DNA of 33,512 nucleotides from Candidatus Enterousia avistercoris (GTDB lineage Bacteria; Pseudomonadota; Alphaproteobacteria; Rs-D84): NCBI GenBank assembly GCA_017694255.1, contig JADINC010000044.1, positions 1 to 33,512 of the forward strand, read 5' to 3'. Shown piece by piece: positions 8,131 to 16,670 of this stretch (position 1 is its first letter; each line of letters starts with the position of its first letter). The notes under the pieces were generated by a model. It saw only the letters and a program-made list of their open reading frames with translations, ran no database searches and was not told where the DNA came from. The position numbers and the translations under genes were made by a program.

Positions 8131-10509
8131 TCAGAACAACGGCGGGAAACAATCGCCACCATTTTCTGGGCAACAGTTAAAACCTGCAACCCCCATATCT
8201 GTATATATCTCGCCCGGACAGCAACCATTTGCATCCGCCGCCGCCCCATCTGGACACGTCGGCAGACTTTCCGATACTTCACTTACATACTCTGTTGTTT
8301 CAACAGTTTCAACTGTTTCTGCCCCAGAATACGGCACATCTGTTTCATATTCTGGATCCGCAACAAACATATTTTCGTTTTGCGACACATTGTATGCCGG
8401 CTTGCTGGCTAATATTTCTTCCTCGCTTGGGATTTCTGGTTCCGATACCGGTTCTGACACAGGGGCCGGCACAGGTTCTGGGACCACAACGGGTTCTGGT
8501 TCAACAACCGGCGCCGGTGCAGGTTCTGGCACTGGTTCTGGTTCAACAACCGGCGCGGGTTCAACAACTGGTGTCGGTGCGGGCTCTGGCACTGGTTCTG
8601 GTTCCACAACGGGCGCCGGTTCAACCTGTACAACATCAACAGTTTCTTCTTCTGCCACTTCTGCGATAAACGGACTGGGTTCCCCAGTTTCACTGGCCGC
8701 TGTATCTGGTGCATTTTCTTCGGGTACTGTCGCTGCCAAATCAGGTGTTTTATCCCCCATATTGCGCTGGTACAACCACAATGTAAACACAGATACCACA
8801 ATCAACACCAACAGCATTATATAATAAATTAATGTAGGCTTACGCGTGGCTGGCACTGTCGGCGTTGCGGCCCCAGTAATCGGCGACACTGGCCGCACAT
8901 CACTGGCCGCTGGCACCCCCGGCACAACAGGGTGGGGCGCACTGGTTCCTGGGTGCGATAATGTGGCATTTGCCATATTTTGTCCGCCGTTCATTTCCCC
9001 CAGCGCATTATTATCCACACCTCCGACATTCGGCATTACTGCTTCGGGGCGCACTGTATCCATTGCCGGCGCAAAGGCATCATTTGTTGACCCCGACGCA
9101 TTTGCTGATGAAATTGCATCCATCGCCGGCCGCGACGGCATTTGTTCCCCAAAATTCTGGGGTGTGTTATCTATAACCGGCCGAACATTCAACGGCTGGT
9201 CCGCCCCAGTGTTCGAATTTTCAACATTCGAAACCGGCGGCACAAATGACAACGGCGACGAATCCATATTATTGCCATATGTGTTCATAGTATTTTCTGT
9301 TTCTGCCTGGCTGGGACGTGGCACATCTGGCACCGGACTGGACACACCGAATTCGATTGGTTTAAATGCAATTTCTTCATCCAATGTTTCTGGATTTTTA
9401 TCGAACAACGGCTTTACATCATCTTTATTATCTGGCATTACAGTTTCCCCCCGTTCTGGCTGAGTTATTTTATAATTTTCATCTTCTGTATATTCTGCGT
9501 TGTCCGCATTATCATCTGGAACATACGACTCAACAGGCATACGCGCAACATTATTGTCTATTTCTGCCCCAGACGCCATTACTTTATCACGCGTATCGTC
9601 ATCTGGCGTGGCAAACGTGGTTTCATACGCATATTGATATTCCACGTCATCATCCTGGCCAGAATCCGTATCTTTTTTATTTTCATCATCCGCATCATCA
9701 CCGTTCCCCATATCATACGAAACATCGTACGATGTAAAGTTCGGCACAATTGCTGTTTCTGTTTCATCTGGGCGCCGTATTGGCGACGTTGTGTTTACAT
9801 TATCATATTCTGGCGTACGTGCCAAAATATCACGTGCTATTTCCGCATCAGCATCCGCAACGACCAGACGCCGCTGGGCATTTTCCAGACGTTTTTTTGC
9901 CCGCTTTAATTTTTCATTAACTGCGTCAATCTGTGCATCTGTTTTCAATATTTTTGCCGCAGACTGCTTGGTCGGTTCACGTCCAACCCGTTTTTTCTGT
10001 TGCGCCAATTTTGCACGCAATTGCTTTAGCCGCGCGCGCAATTCATCCATTGAATCATTTGCCCGCGCAATTGTATCACGGGCCCGCGCCGCCCCAGATT
10101 CCGCCAACGCCAACCGTTCACCAGCCGCGCGCCGAATTGACGCATTACGAAAGCGCACCAAATCCCCCAGCGCATCTGTCAAATCGCTTTTATTTTCATA
10201 TGCCTGAATCAAGTTATCATATTGCGCCAAGCCGCTGTATTCGATATCCAGTTTTTGATACTTGTTATCTTTCTTTGGGCGCACTGTTTCCAAATCCAGG
10301 TTATAATCATTGACTAAAATATCATCCCATTTTCTGTCGCCAACTGGATTAATCACCAACAACACATTAGGTTTTCTGTCATCAATTGTATAATCCAGCA
10401 CAAACACCAGTTTCCCATCCACATCATAATAGGCCCGAAAAACATTCCCGGCGATATCATATTCCCGTGCTGACAAAACAGAATTAATATTTTCTCTCTC
10501 GCTTGGCAT
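8131..10509 (-). CDS. Large bitopic membrane protein (~792 aa): coiled coil, acidic/Pro-rich linker, TM, PEP repeats, Cys-rich C-terminus
   Basis: Start reassigned to MPSERE (10509), 13 nt after the gcrA stop; TM IYYIMLLVLIVVSVFTLWLY; C-terminus CPDG..GCCPGE..FNCCPENGGDCFPPLF. Confidence 0.85.
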   Translation of the reverse strand: MPSERENINSVLSAREYDIAGNVFRAYYDVDGKLVFVLDYTIDDRKPNVLLVINPVGDRKWDDILVNDYNLDLETVRPKKDNKYQKLDIEYSGLAQYDNLIQAYENKSDLTDALGDLVRFRNASIRRAAGERLALAESGAARARDTIARANDSMDELRARLKQLRAKLAQQKKRVGREPTKQSAAKILKTDAQIDAVNEKLKRAKKRLENAQRRLVVADADAEIARDILARTPEYDNVNTTSPIRRPDETETAIVPNFTSYDVSYDMGNGDDADDENKKDTDSGQDDDVEYQYAYETTFATPDDDTRDKVMASGAEIDNNVARMPVESYVPDDNADNAEYTEDENYKITQPERGETVMPDNKDDVKPLFDKNPETLDEEIAFKPIEFGVSSPVPDVPRPSQAETENTMNTYGNNMDSSPLSFVPPVSNVENSNTGADQPLNVRPVIDNTPQNFGEQMPSRPAMDAISSANASGSTNDAFAPAMDTVRPEAVMPNVGGVDNNALGEMNGGQNMANATLSHPGTSAPHPVVPGVPAASDVRPVSPITGAATPTVPATRKPTLIYYIMLLVLIVVSVFTLWLYQRNMGDKTPDLAATVPEENAPDTAASETGEPSPFIAEVAEEETVDVVQVEPAPVVEPEPVPEPAPTPVVEPAPVVEPEPVPEPAPAPVVEPEPVVVPEPVPAPVSEPVSEPEIPSEEEILASKPAYNVSQNENMFVADPEYETDVPYSGAETVETVETTEYVSEVSESLPTCPDGAAADANGCCPGEIYTDMGVAGFNCCPENGGDCFPPLF
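8440..8630 (-). repeat. Intragenic Pro/Glu/Val repeats (VVEPEPVPEPAPAP)
   Basis: Recurrent GGTTCAACAACCGGCGC and GGTTCTGGCACTGGTTCT units on the + strand. Confidence 0.8.
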
Positions 10510-10522
10510 CAGAATGTCCCCA

Positions 10523-11068
10523 TTATTTTTTTCTTGGTGGTGTGAATTGATACGCCTGTTTACAGTGTTCATAGCAATACGGTTTGCCAACAAAAACCGG
10601 CGCACCACAGAAATGGAAATTTTCAGAATCCGGATCACCAATTGGCCATCTGCACTGATTAGGCTTTAAATTCGCCATTTCCAACGAATGCTGAATTATA
10701 CGCTGGTGCATGGCCAACGTTTTATTCAACGTCCGCCCCCCAGATGTCGTCTTTTTTGTCCCGGTCGTCCCCGCGCCACGCGCGCCGGCCTTTGTGGTGG
10801 GCTTTTTTGATGTTGTCCGTGTGTTTTTCGCACTGGCAACCGAACTTGTTTTCTTTGTCCCACGCCCAGACGTCGTCTTTTTCGTTGTGGTTGTTGCACT
10901 TTCGGCGACAACGCCCCCCGCCTTGGAATTCCAGCCCAACCGGTTTAATTTACCAACAACCGCGTTTTTGGACATTCCCAAACGCTTGCCAATTTCGGAC
11001 GTAGACAACCCTTTGCCCATCAATCCCTTTAATTTTTTCAGCATTACGCTGTCCCAACCCTTACTCAT
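10523..11068 (-). CDS. gcrA: GcrA cell-cycle regulator
   Basis: N-terminal W....LKKL...GLSTSEIG..LG.SKNAVVGKLNRLG; C-terminal CRWPIGDP...FHFCG...GKPYCYEHC..AYQ. Confidence 0.95.
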   Translation of the reverse strand: MSKGWDSVMLKKLKGLMGKGLSTSEIGKRLGMSKNAVVGKLNRLGWNSKAGGVVAESATTTTKKTTSGRGTKKTSSVASAKNTRTTSKKPTTKAGARGAGTTGTKKTTSGGRTLNKTLAMHQRIIQHSLEMANLKPNQCRWPIGDPDSENFHFCGAPVFVGKPYCYEHCKQAYQFTPPRKK

Positions 11069-11141
11069 TTCAAAAAATCCTTGTTATATATATCGGTATA
11101 ATTGTAGCATAGTTTCGAATCGAAAGGCAAGGGGGAAAAAT

Positions 11142-11609
11142 ATGATTTATAATATATTTTTTATCATACTGCTGGGCATCGCCGCATGGTGTGCGTGGCG
11201 TATATCGGTTGCAGATTGGCGCCGCCGAATTATCCCAGACGTATATTTATTCCCGCTGTTGTTAATCGGACTTATCATCATCAACTTTTTCCCGTGGCCT
11301 GTATCCATGGGCGACGCCGTTCTTGCAGCCACATTCGGATATGCACTGGCGCTGATAATCGGCATAATATTCGACAAAGTTCATTCCACGCACACACCCG
11401 ACGCGATTCCGATTGGCATGGGGGACATAAAATTATTGGCCACAGGCGGCATATGGTTGGGATCCAGCGGTTTGGCAATGGCACTGGCTATTGCATGTAT
11501 TGCCGGGATTTTATGGGGAAAAATCAATCACCAGAAATACATTCCACTGGCCCCGTTTTTCATTTGTGGGGGATTTTTGGCTTTCATTATAAACAGCTTT
11601 TTGATATAA
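11142..11609 (+). CDS. A24-family prepilin peptidase (short CpaA/TadV-like form)
   Basis: Catalytic Asp motifs SVADWRRRIIPD and GMGDIKLL, C-terminal IPLAPF; start reassigned to MIYNIFF after AAGGGGG. Confidence 0.88.
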   Translation: MIYNIFFIILLGIAAWCAWRISVADWRRRIIPDVYLFPLLLIGLIIINFFPWPVSMGDAVLAATFGYALALIIGIIFDKVHSTHTPDAIPIGMGDIKLLATGGIWLGSSGLAMALAIACIAGILWGKINHQKYIPLAPFFICGGFLAFIINSFLI

Positions 11610-11639
11610 TTAACCATAATCAGGGAAACGGGCAGAGAA

Positions 11640-12566
11640 ATGAAACCACACCTATATCATGTATTTTTGATGTTTTTTGGCGCACTTGTCGGCGGCACCA
11701 GTGCCATGGCAACCACCTTTCCATCGGCCACAACACCATTTTCAAAATACGGCCAAATTCAAAACGTACAAAACTATTCATCAAACCCGTTTTGGAGTCC
11801 CGATGCCCCATATAACCAGCGTATGCCCGTACCCGTCTATGCCCAGGGTACTGATGTCGACACTACGGATTGTCAAACGGTTGTATCTGCATTGGTTGCG
11901 TCATTTTGTTCGACCCGCAATAATTGCACTGGCATGGACGTTAACGACGTCCGCCCAACAATCACGGTCCAGCTGGCCAGTCTGCCGAATCATAATTACG
12001 TAACACCATGCGCGGGATACATCGATACCGAATTCAAGAAATACACATCGGCCAACTCATATTTAACCCCGGGCACTGGGTCCACTGCATTTCCAACCGC
12101 CACGGGGCCTATGTACAATAATCAAAACACAACAACTGGTAATGGGGCTGCAAATTATAACCCCCAACAGAAATTACCAACATGGAACGGCGAACCATGG
12201 ATGCAGGACATGCTGCAACGAAAGCAGGAATTACAAAATCTGCAATCGGCAACCACAAACACAACAAACCTGGCACGCGCGGAATTTCCTGAAACCGCGC
12301 TGGATTTAACATTTACCCAGCGTCTGCAAAACGACGCTGCTGGATACGCCCCATACAAAGACGCATCTGCATACACGACAATAAATCTGGACGCGGTGGT
12401 CGCCGAACAAAATGAATTATATAAACAGCGTCAAAATGCATATTGCAATAATGCCCCACAAATGCTGGCAATATTAAATGCAGATTTGGCAACATTGGAA
12501 AAATGCAAAACTAATAATATTGCATATGAAACATGCCTGACCAAATTACAGGGGGTATATTATTAA
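11640..12566 (+). CDS. Secreted hypothetical protein, 308 aa
   Basis: Sec-type signal peptide, seven Cys, helical C-terminus; TAATG overlap with the next gene. Confidence 0.85.
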   Translation: MKPHLYHVFLMFFGALVGGTSAMATTFPSATTPFSKYGQIQNVQNYSSNPFWSPDAPYNQRMPVPVYAQGTDVDTTDCQTVVSALVASFCSTRNNCTGMDVNDVRPTITVQLASLPNHNYVTPCAGYIDTEFKKYTSANSYLTPGTGSTAFPTATGPMYNNQNTTTGNGAANYNPQQKLPTWNGEPWMQDMLQRKQELQNLQSATTNTTNLARAEFPETALDLTFTQRLQNDAAGYAPYKDASAYTTINLDAVVAEQNELYKQRQNAYCNNAPQMLAILNADLATLEKCKTNNIAYETCLTKLQGVYY

Positions 12567-13735
12567 TGCGTATAAGTATTAAATATTTTATTGCATGTAT
12601 TTTCGGTCTTTGCATAACAAATTCATTCGCTGCTAATTGGAATGACCCCGATGTTCAGCTGGCACAAAGAATTTCTGACAGAACATTCGTAGATGGTCGT
12701 AATAGTCAAGTTGTCAGTATGCGCGGATACGATTTTAATCAAACAAACGGTGGCGCAACTGGCACCGGAACAACAGGCACAGGCACAGGCACGGGAACAA
12801 CAGGTACAGGCGGCACCGGTGGCACTGGTGGTACAGGTACCGGAACAGGAACTGGCACTGGTACCAACACCGGCACAAATACTGGCAACAGTACAACCAG
12901 AACTGGGAATCGTATTAACGCACGTGGTGTTGCCAGTGGGGCATTGGGCGCGGTTGGTGCCGTCACCGGCATAATGGGCGTGATTGATTCTGCATCGGGT
13001 TCTGGTGAACATTCATGGGGCGATGTATTACAAGGTACAATCAGTGGCGCCACTGCAACAGCTGGTGGTGCCGCTGTAATTAATGCAATTCCTGTGATTG
13101 GACAAATTGGATATGGTATTGCAATCGCTGTTGGTGCTGCTGGTGGCGCAATCATTTCCGGCTCACAATTATTTTCAGAAACTGATTGTCTGCATGATCC
13201 AGTCACCGGCTTATTCACATGTTGTCACACACAATTTAACCAGGGGGAACGTTATGCCGATATTGGCGATTACATGTTTTGCGGTGTTGAACAAGCAGAT
13301 GGTTCTGTGAACTTGATTAAACCTGGTGTTCGCCAATGCCTGCAAGGTGGTGAAGCAACTGCTGCATCATGGTGGGATGGATTATGGAAAGATGATTTTT
13401 GGCAACCCGAATGTGTTGTGCGTATTTGTGATAACACTGAACCACCGGCTGAATTCCCGGGATATATAGATTACGAACCCGATACTACAAACATATGTTG
13501 GAACTGGGTATGTATTAACGGCTATGAACGCCAGGGTAATACATGTGTTGCAACGGGTGGCGGCTCAAATGGTGGCGGAAATTCGGGTGGCACCCAACCA
13601 TCATCATCAGAATTACCAATTGATCAATATAATAAATTAATCAATCAAATTCAGACTGAACGTCAACGATTAATACAACAGTGCGGTCATATGCTGGGCA
13701 ATACTGTAAATATAACATCGCCAACAACAAAATAA
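12566..13735 (+). CDS. Secreted Cys-rich protein with Gly/Thr linker and glycine-zipper hydrophobic segments, ~389 aa
   Basis: Start MRISIKYF (TAATG coupling); signal peptide ending SFA; GT repeat tract; GVASGALGAVGAVTG and AIPVIGQIGYGIAIAVGAAGGAII. Confidence 0.85.
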   Translation: MRISIKYFIACIFGLCITNSFAANWNDPDVQLAQRISDRTFVDGRNSQVVSMRGYDFNQTNGGATGTGTTGTGTGTGTTGTGGTGGTGGTGTGTGTGTGTNTGTNTGNSTTRTGNRINARGVASGALGAVGAVTGIMGVIDSASGSGEHSWGDVLQGTISGATATAGGAAVINAIPVIGQIGYGIAIAVGAAGGAIISGSQLFSETDCLHDPVTGLFTCCHTQFNQGERYADIGDYMFCGVEQADGSVNLIKPGVRQCLQGGEATAASWWDGLWKDDFWQPECVVRICDNTEPPAEFPGYIDYEPDTTNICWNWVCINGYERQGNTCVATGGGSNGGGNSGGTQPSSSELPIDQYNKLINQIQTERQRLIQQCGHMLGNTVNITSPTTK

Positions 13736-15472
13736 ATGCGACAATTTTTAATTTCTTTTATACTTGCAATATGCACAATATCCACCGCATTTGGGGCAGA
13801 TATGATGCCACCAACAGATATTCCCGTTGGTGCCGACTATGTTCCAATTTCGGAAATTCAAACACGCACGCCCGATGATACACAATGTGCCACGGCGGCC
13901 TTTGCACACAGTCTGGCATCAACCGTATCCAGCGTATCGGAAACCGATGACGAATTAACCATTCGCAAATGGATTTATGACGCGTTCAGTGCGCCTGAAA
14001 CACTGCGCACGGTTCTGGCCTGTCCAGAAATCGCATCGGTGGCGGATGATGAAACAATTACGTTTTTACCCATTGAATATACTTTTCCGGGCGGGCGTCA
14101 AATCATTGTAAATTACGAAACCCAACCAAAAATTTTAAAACAACGCATAACAATCAGTGAAAAACGCGAACTGCCATACGCCCCCAACCCTGAAATTGGC
14201 GCTGATGGCGATACATCCGTTTGGACAAATACCGATCCGGCATGGTATGCAATAATGGTTGTTGAACACGGTGCACTGGATGAATTTGTGGGACCGGACA
14301 AGAATAACACCATATCGCTGCAATGGATAAACGATAATATTGATACCATATATCCCCACGGTAACAGTTGTACCAGTAAAACCGCGCTGGCGGGCGATAA
14401 TGATATGGTGAATTTGGCGGGCAAGGCAACAGTAAACCTGGCGGATGATACAAATGATTACTATGTGGCTGGGGACGCAAATTTACAATGGATATCGTAC
14501 CTGGAAATTGGACTGGACGTCGTGATAACTGTCGCAACCGCCGGGGGTGGGGCGGCCGTTCTGGGCGCGACCAAGGCCGCGCGCGCATCGCGCGCCCTGA
14601 AAAACATTGGCATATCACTGCGCGCCCTGCGTCAAACAGACGCTGTACGCGACTATATTCGCGTATCCGCGCAATATTCACGCGCAACCGAAGAATTAAG
14701 AACAATTGATCGCGCAACGGACGCTGCCGCGCATGCCGCCAAAAGTGCCGAAATAGATAACCTGGCGCGTCAAATGCGCAACATGGAACAAACCAACGAC
14801 CAGGTTCGTCAATATCGCGAATACAGCGACACATTTTCATCATTAAATCAATATCGTCGCACACTGCGCGGTGTTTTACGCCCAGCCCAGCGTGGCAATA
14901 TTATCGCCCGCGCATGGCGTTCATTACGCGCGGCGAACACTGGTGGCCCAATGATAAAATCTGCCGCGCGCCTGGGACGCAGCAGCATGAAATCTGGGAA
15001 AATTCGCGATTGGTTATTCCAGACAACATTACAAAACATCGGCGCTGTTGCCAAACTGGAACAGGCTGGCGGTTTGCTGTATGGCGCATTAAATTTTGTT
15101 GGCGGCATGTACGATTGGACCGAAACCAGCACGGGTGAATATACCAGCGGTATAGAATTCAAACCATTAACGCTGCTGTCTGCTGATGATTTATCCGGCC
15201 AAGAAAACGTCGTTAACTATGGAATGTGGCTGATGTGGATGGGCGATTCGATAAGTGCCATGGACGACGATGCCGCATATCTGCAGGCGATGGATTTCGC
15301 CGATAAATTTCATTATAATTTGATGACAGTACAATCAGAAACACCAACCCCATGCAATATTGACATATACGTTGTCCGCCCAATTATTCGCAACCCTGGT
15401 GGCGACGCCCCCGAAATGTACTATCTGGTTATGAACGACGAACCGTGGACCACGGCGAATACTGGCGAATAA
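13736..15472 (+). CDS. Secreted hypothetical protein with central hydrophobic segment and basic helical region, 578 aa
   Basis: Starts immediately after the upstream stop; signal peptide ending AFG; LEIGLDVVITVATAGGGAAVLG followed by Arg/Ala-rich helices. Confidence 0.85.
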   Translation: MRQFLISFILAICTISTAFGADMMPPTDIPVGADYVPISEIQTRTPDDTQCATAAFAHSLASTVSSVSETDDELTIRKWIYDAFSAPETLRTVLACPEIASVADDETITFLPIEYTFPGGRQIIVNYETQPKILKQRITISEKRELPYAPNPEIGADGDTSVWTNTDPAWYAIMVVEHGALDEFVGPDKNNTISLQWINDNIDTIYPHGNSCTSKTALAGDNDMVNLAGKATVNLADDTNDYYVAGDANLQWISYLEIGLDVVITVATAGGGAAVLGATKAARASRALKNIGISLRALRQTDAVRDYIRVSAQYSRATEELRTIDRATDAAAHAAKSAEIDNLARQMRNMEQTNDQVRQYREYSDTFSSLNQYRRTLRGVLRPAQRGNIIARAWRSLRAANTGGPMIKSAARLGRSSMKSGKIRDWLFQTTLQNIGAVAKLEQAGGLLYGALNFVGGMYDWTETSTGEYTSGIEFKPLTLLSADDLSGQENVVNYGMWLMWMGDSISAMDDDAAYLQAMDFADKFHYNLMTVQSETPTPCNIDIYVVRPIIRNPGGDAPEMYYLVMNDEPWTTANTGE

Positions 15473-15529
15473 TTCCCCATTGTATTTTTATTTACAACAA
15501 ACTATAATAATAGTGATGGGGGATGTGTT

Positions 15530-15847
15530 ATGAAGAAATTATTATACTCTTTATTTATCGCACTAGCATTTATCAGCACGGCCAACGCGTACCAGTTGTT
15601 ATCTTCCAAAGAACTGGGGAAAAACGACGCAAAAAACCAGACTGTTGTTGTAAAATGCACCACTGATACAGGCAAGGTATCAAACCAAACATGCACATTA
15701 CGTCGCTATGCAAAGTGCAGTGGCACGGGCACAAAGAAAAAGTGTTCCGGCTGGCAGGCATGGCAAGATTTACGAACCCCCGGAAAAAAATATTCTGATT
15801 GGCGCAGCGCGGCGTCTGCATGTTGCCGTGCCAAGGGCCTGCGTTAG
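15530..15847 (+). CDS. Small secreted basic Cys-rich protein, 105 aa
   Basis: Signal peptide ending ANA, six Cys, Lys-rich; GGGGG RBS. Confidence 0.8.
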   Translation: MKKLLYSLFIALAFISTANAYQLLSSKELGKNDAKNQTVVVKCTTDTGKVSNQTCTLRRYAKCSGTGTKKKCSGWQAWQDLRTPGKKYSDWRSAASACCRAKGLR

Positions 15848-15877
15848 CTATAGCATCCCCACACACAACACAAAAAT

Positions 15878-15907
15878 AAAACCACCGCCAAAATGGCGGT
15901 GTTTTTT
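15878..15907. terminator. Bidirectional terminator
   Basis: AAAACCACCGCCAAAATGGCGGTGTTTTTT. Confidence 0.7.
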
Positions 15908-15919
15908 ATATATGATATA

Positions 15920-15996
15920 TGGTGGATGTGATTGGACTCGAACCAACGACCTCTTCGATGTGAACGAAGCGCTCTAACCAACTGAGCTACACATCC
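15920..15996 (-). tRNA. tRNA-Val (CAC)
   Basis: Reverse complement GGATGTGTAGCTCAG...CTTCG TTCACAT CGAAG...CACATCCACCA. Confidence 0.96.
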
Positions 15997-16011
15997 GTTC
16001 AATCAGTTCCC

Positions 16012-16098
16012 TGGTGGGGATAGTGGGACTCGAACCCACACGGTTGCAATAACCAAAGGATTTTAAGTCCTCAGCGTCTACCATTCCGCCATATCCCC
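16012..16098 (-). tRNA. tRNA-Leu (TAA)
   Basis: 87 nt with long variable arm; anticodon loop CTTAAAA; CCA end. Confidence 0.96.
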
Positions 16099-16202
16099 AG
16101 AACTTAAAAAATCTGTGAAATATACTACCGCGCGATGGGCGCGCTTGTCAATATATTTCTGATGCACACAATAAAAAAAGTGCCCAACCCCGGGCATTTT
16201 TT

Positions 16203-16278
16203 TGGTGGAGCTGATGGGACTCAAACCCACGACCTCTACGATGCGAACGTAGCGCTCTATCAACTGAGCTACAACCCC
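16203..16278 (-). tRNA. tRNA-Ala (CGC)
   Basis: G3:U70 identity pair; anticodon arm CTACG TTCGCAT CGTAG; CCA end. Confidence 0.94.
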
Positions 16279-16283
16279 AAACA

Positions 16284-16370
16284 TGGTGCGGATAAGAAGA
16301 CTCGAACTTCCAAGGCATTGCTGCCACTAGTACCTGAAACTAGCGCGTCTACCAATTCCGCCATATCCGC
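16284..16370 (-). tRNA. tRNA-Leu (CAG)
   Basis: 87 nt with long variable arm; anticodon arm CTAGT TTCAGGT ACTAG; CCA end. Confidence 0.96.
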
Positions 16371-16423
16371 AGTGCTTGCATATATTATATCAAGTTTATA
16401 TATTTTGCAACAATAAAATAACA

Positions 16424-16590
16424 TTATCTGATATCGCAGATATCCCGCCGCGCCAACGCGCGTTCCAGCGCACGTTCTGGCATAAACCATACCCCCGCCA
16501 CCAGCACATATATACCCAACGACACGAACGGATGAACAAATGCCATTGGTACTGCGATTAAAAACGCAATCTGCGCCCAAAAAATCCCCA
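16424..16590 (-). pseudogene. Probable C-terminal remnant of a TMEM175/DUF1211 K+ channel gene
   Basis: IAVPMAFVHPFVSLGIYVLVAGVWFMPERALERAL resembles the family C-terminus (recalled pattern AIPLAF..P.....Y.LVA..W..PDRRIE); no room for a full gene. Confidence 0.5.
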
Positions 16591-16670
16591 GGATACAAAT
16601 CCGTCGCGCACACAACACTTATAAAAACACTTGCCCTGATTTTCACAAATTTGCTAAGATTCAACCAGAG

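Noticed and set aside
9011..9019. Perfect DnaA box TTATCCACA
   Set aside because: It is isolated and inside a CDS, so likely chance
10510..10641. Extended start of the 836 aa ORF
   Set aside because: It overlaps the gcrA 3' end; the ATG at 10509 with an upstream GGGGA is more plausible
10710..11141. N-terminal extension of the prepilin peptidase ORF (299 aa call)
   Set aside because: It is an antisense shadow of gcrA; the RBS supports a start at 11142
16078..16664. ORFs of 68, 93 and 131 aa across the tRNA cluster
   Set aside because: They overlap well-formed tRNA genes
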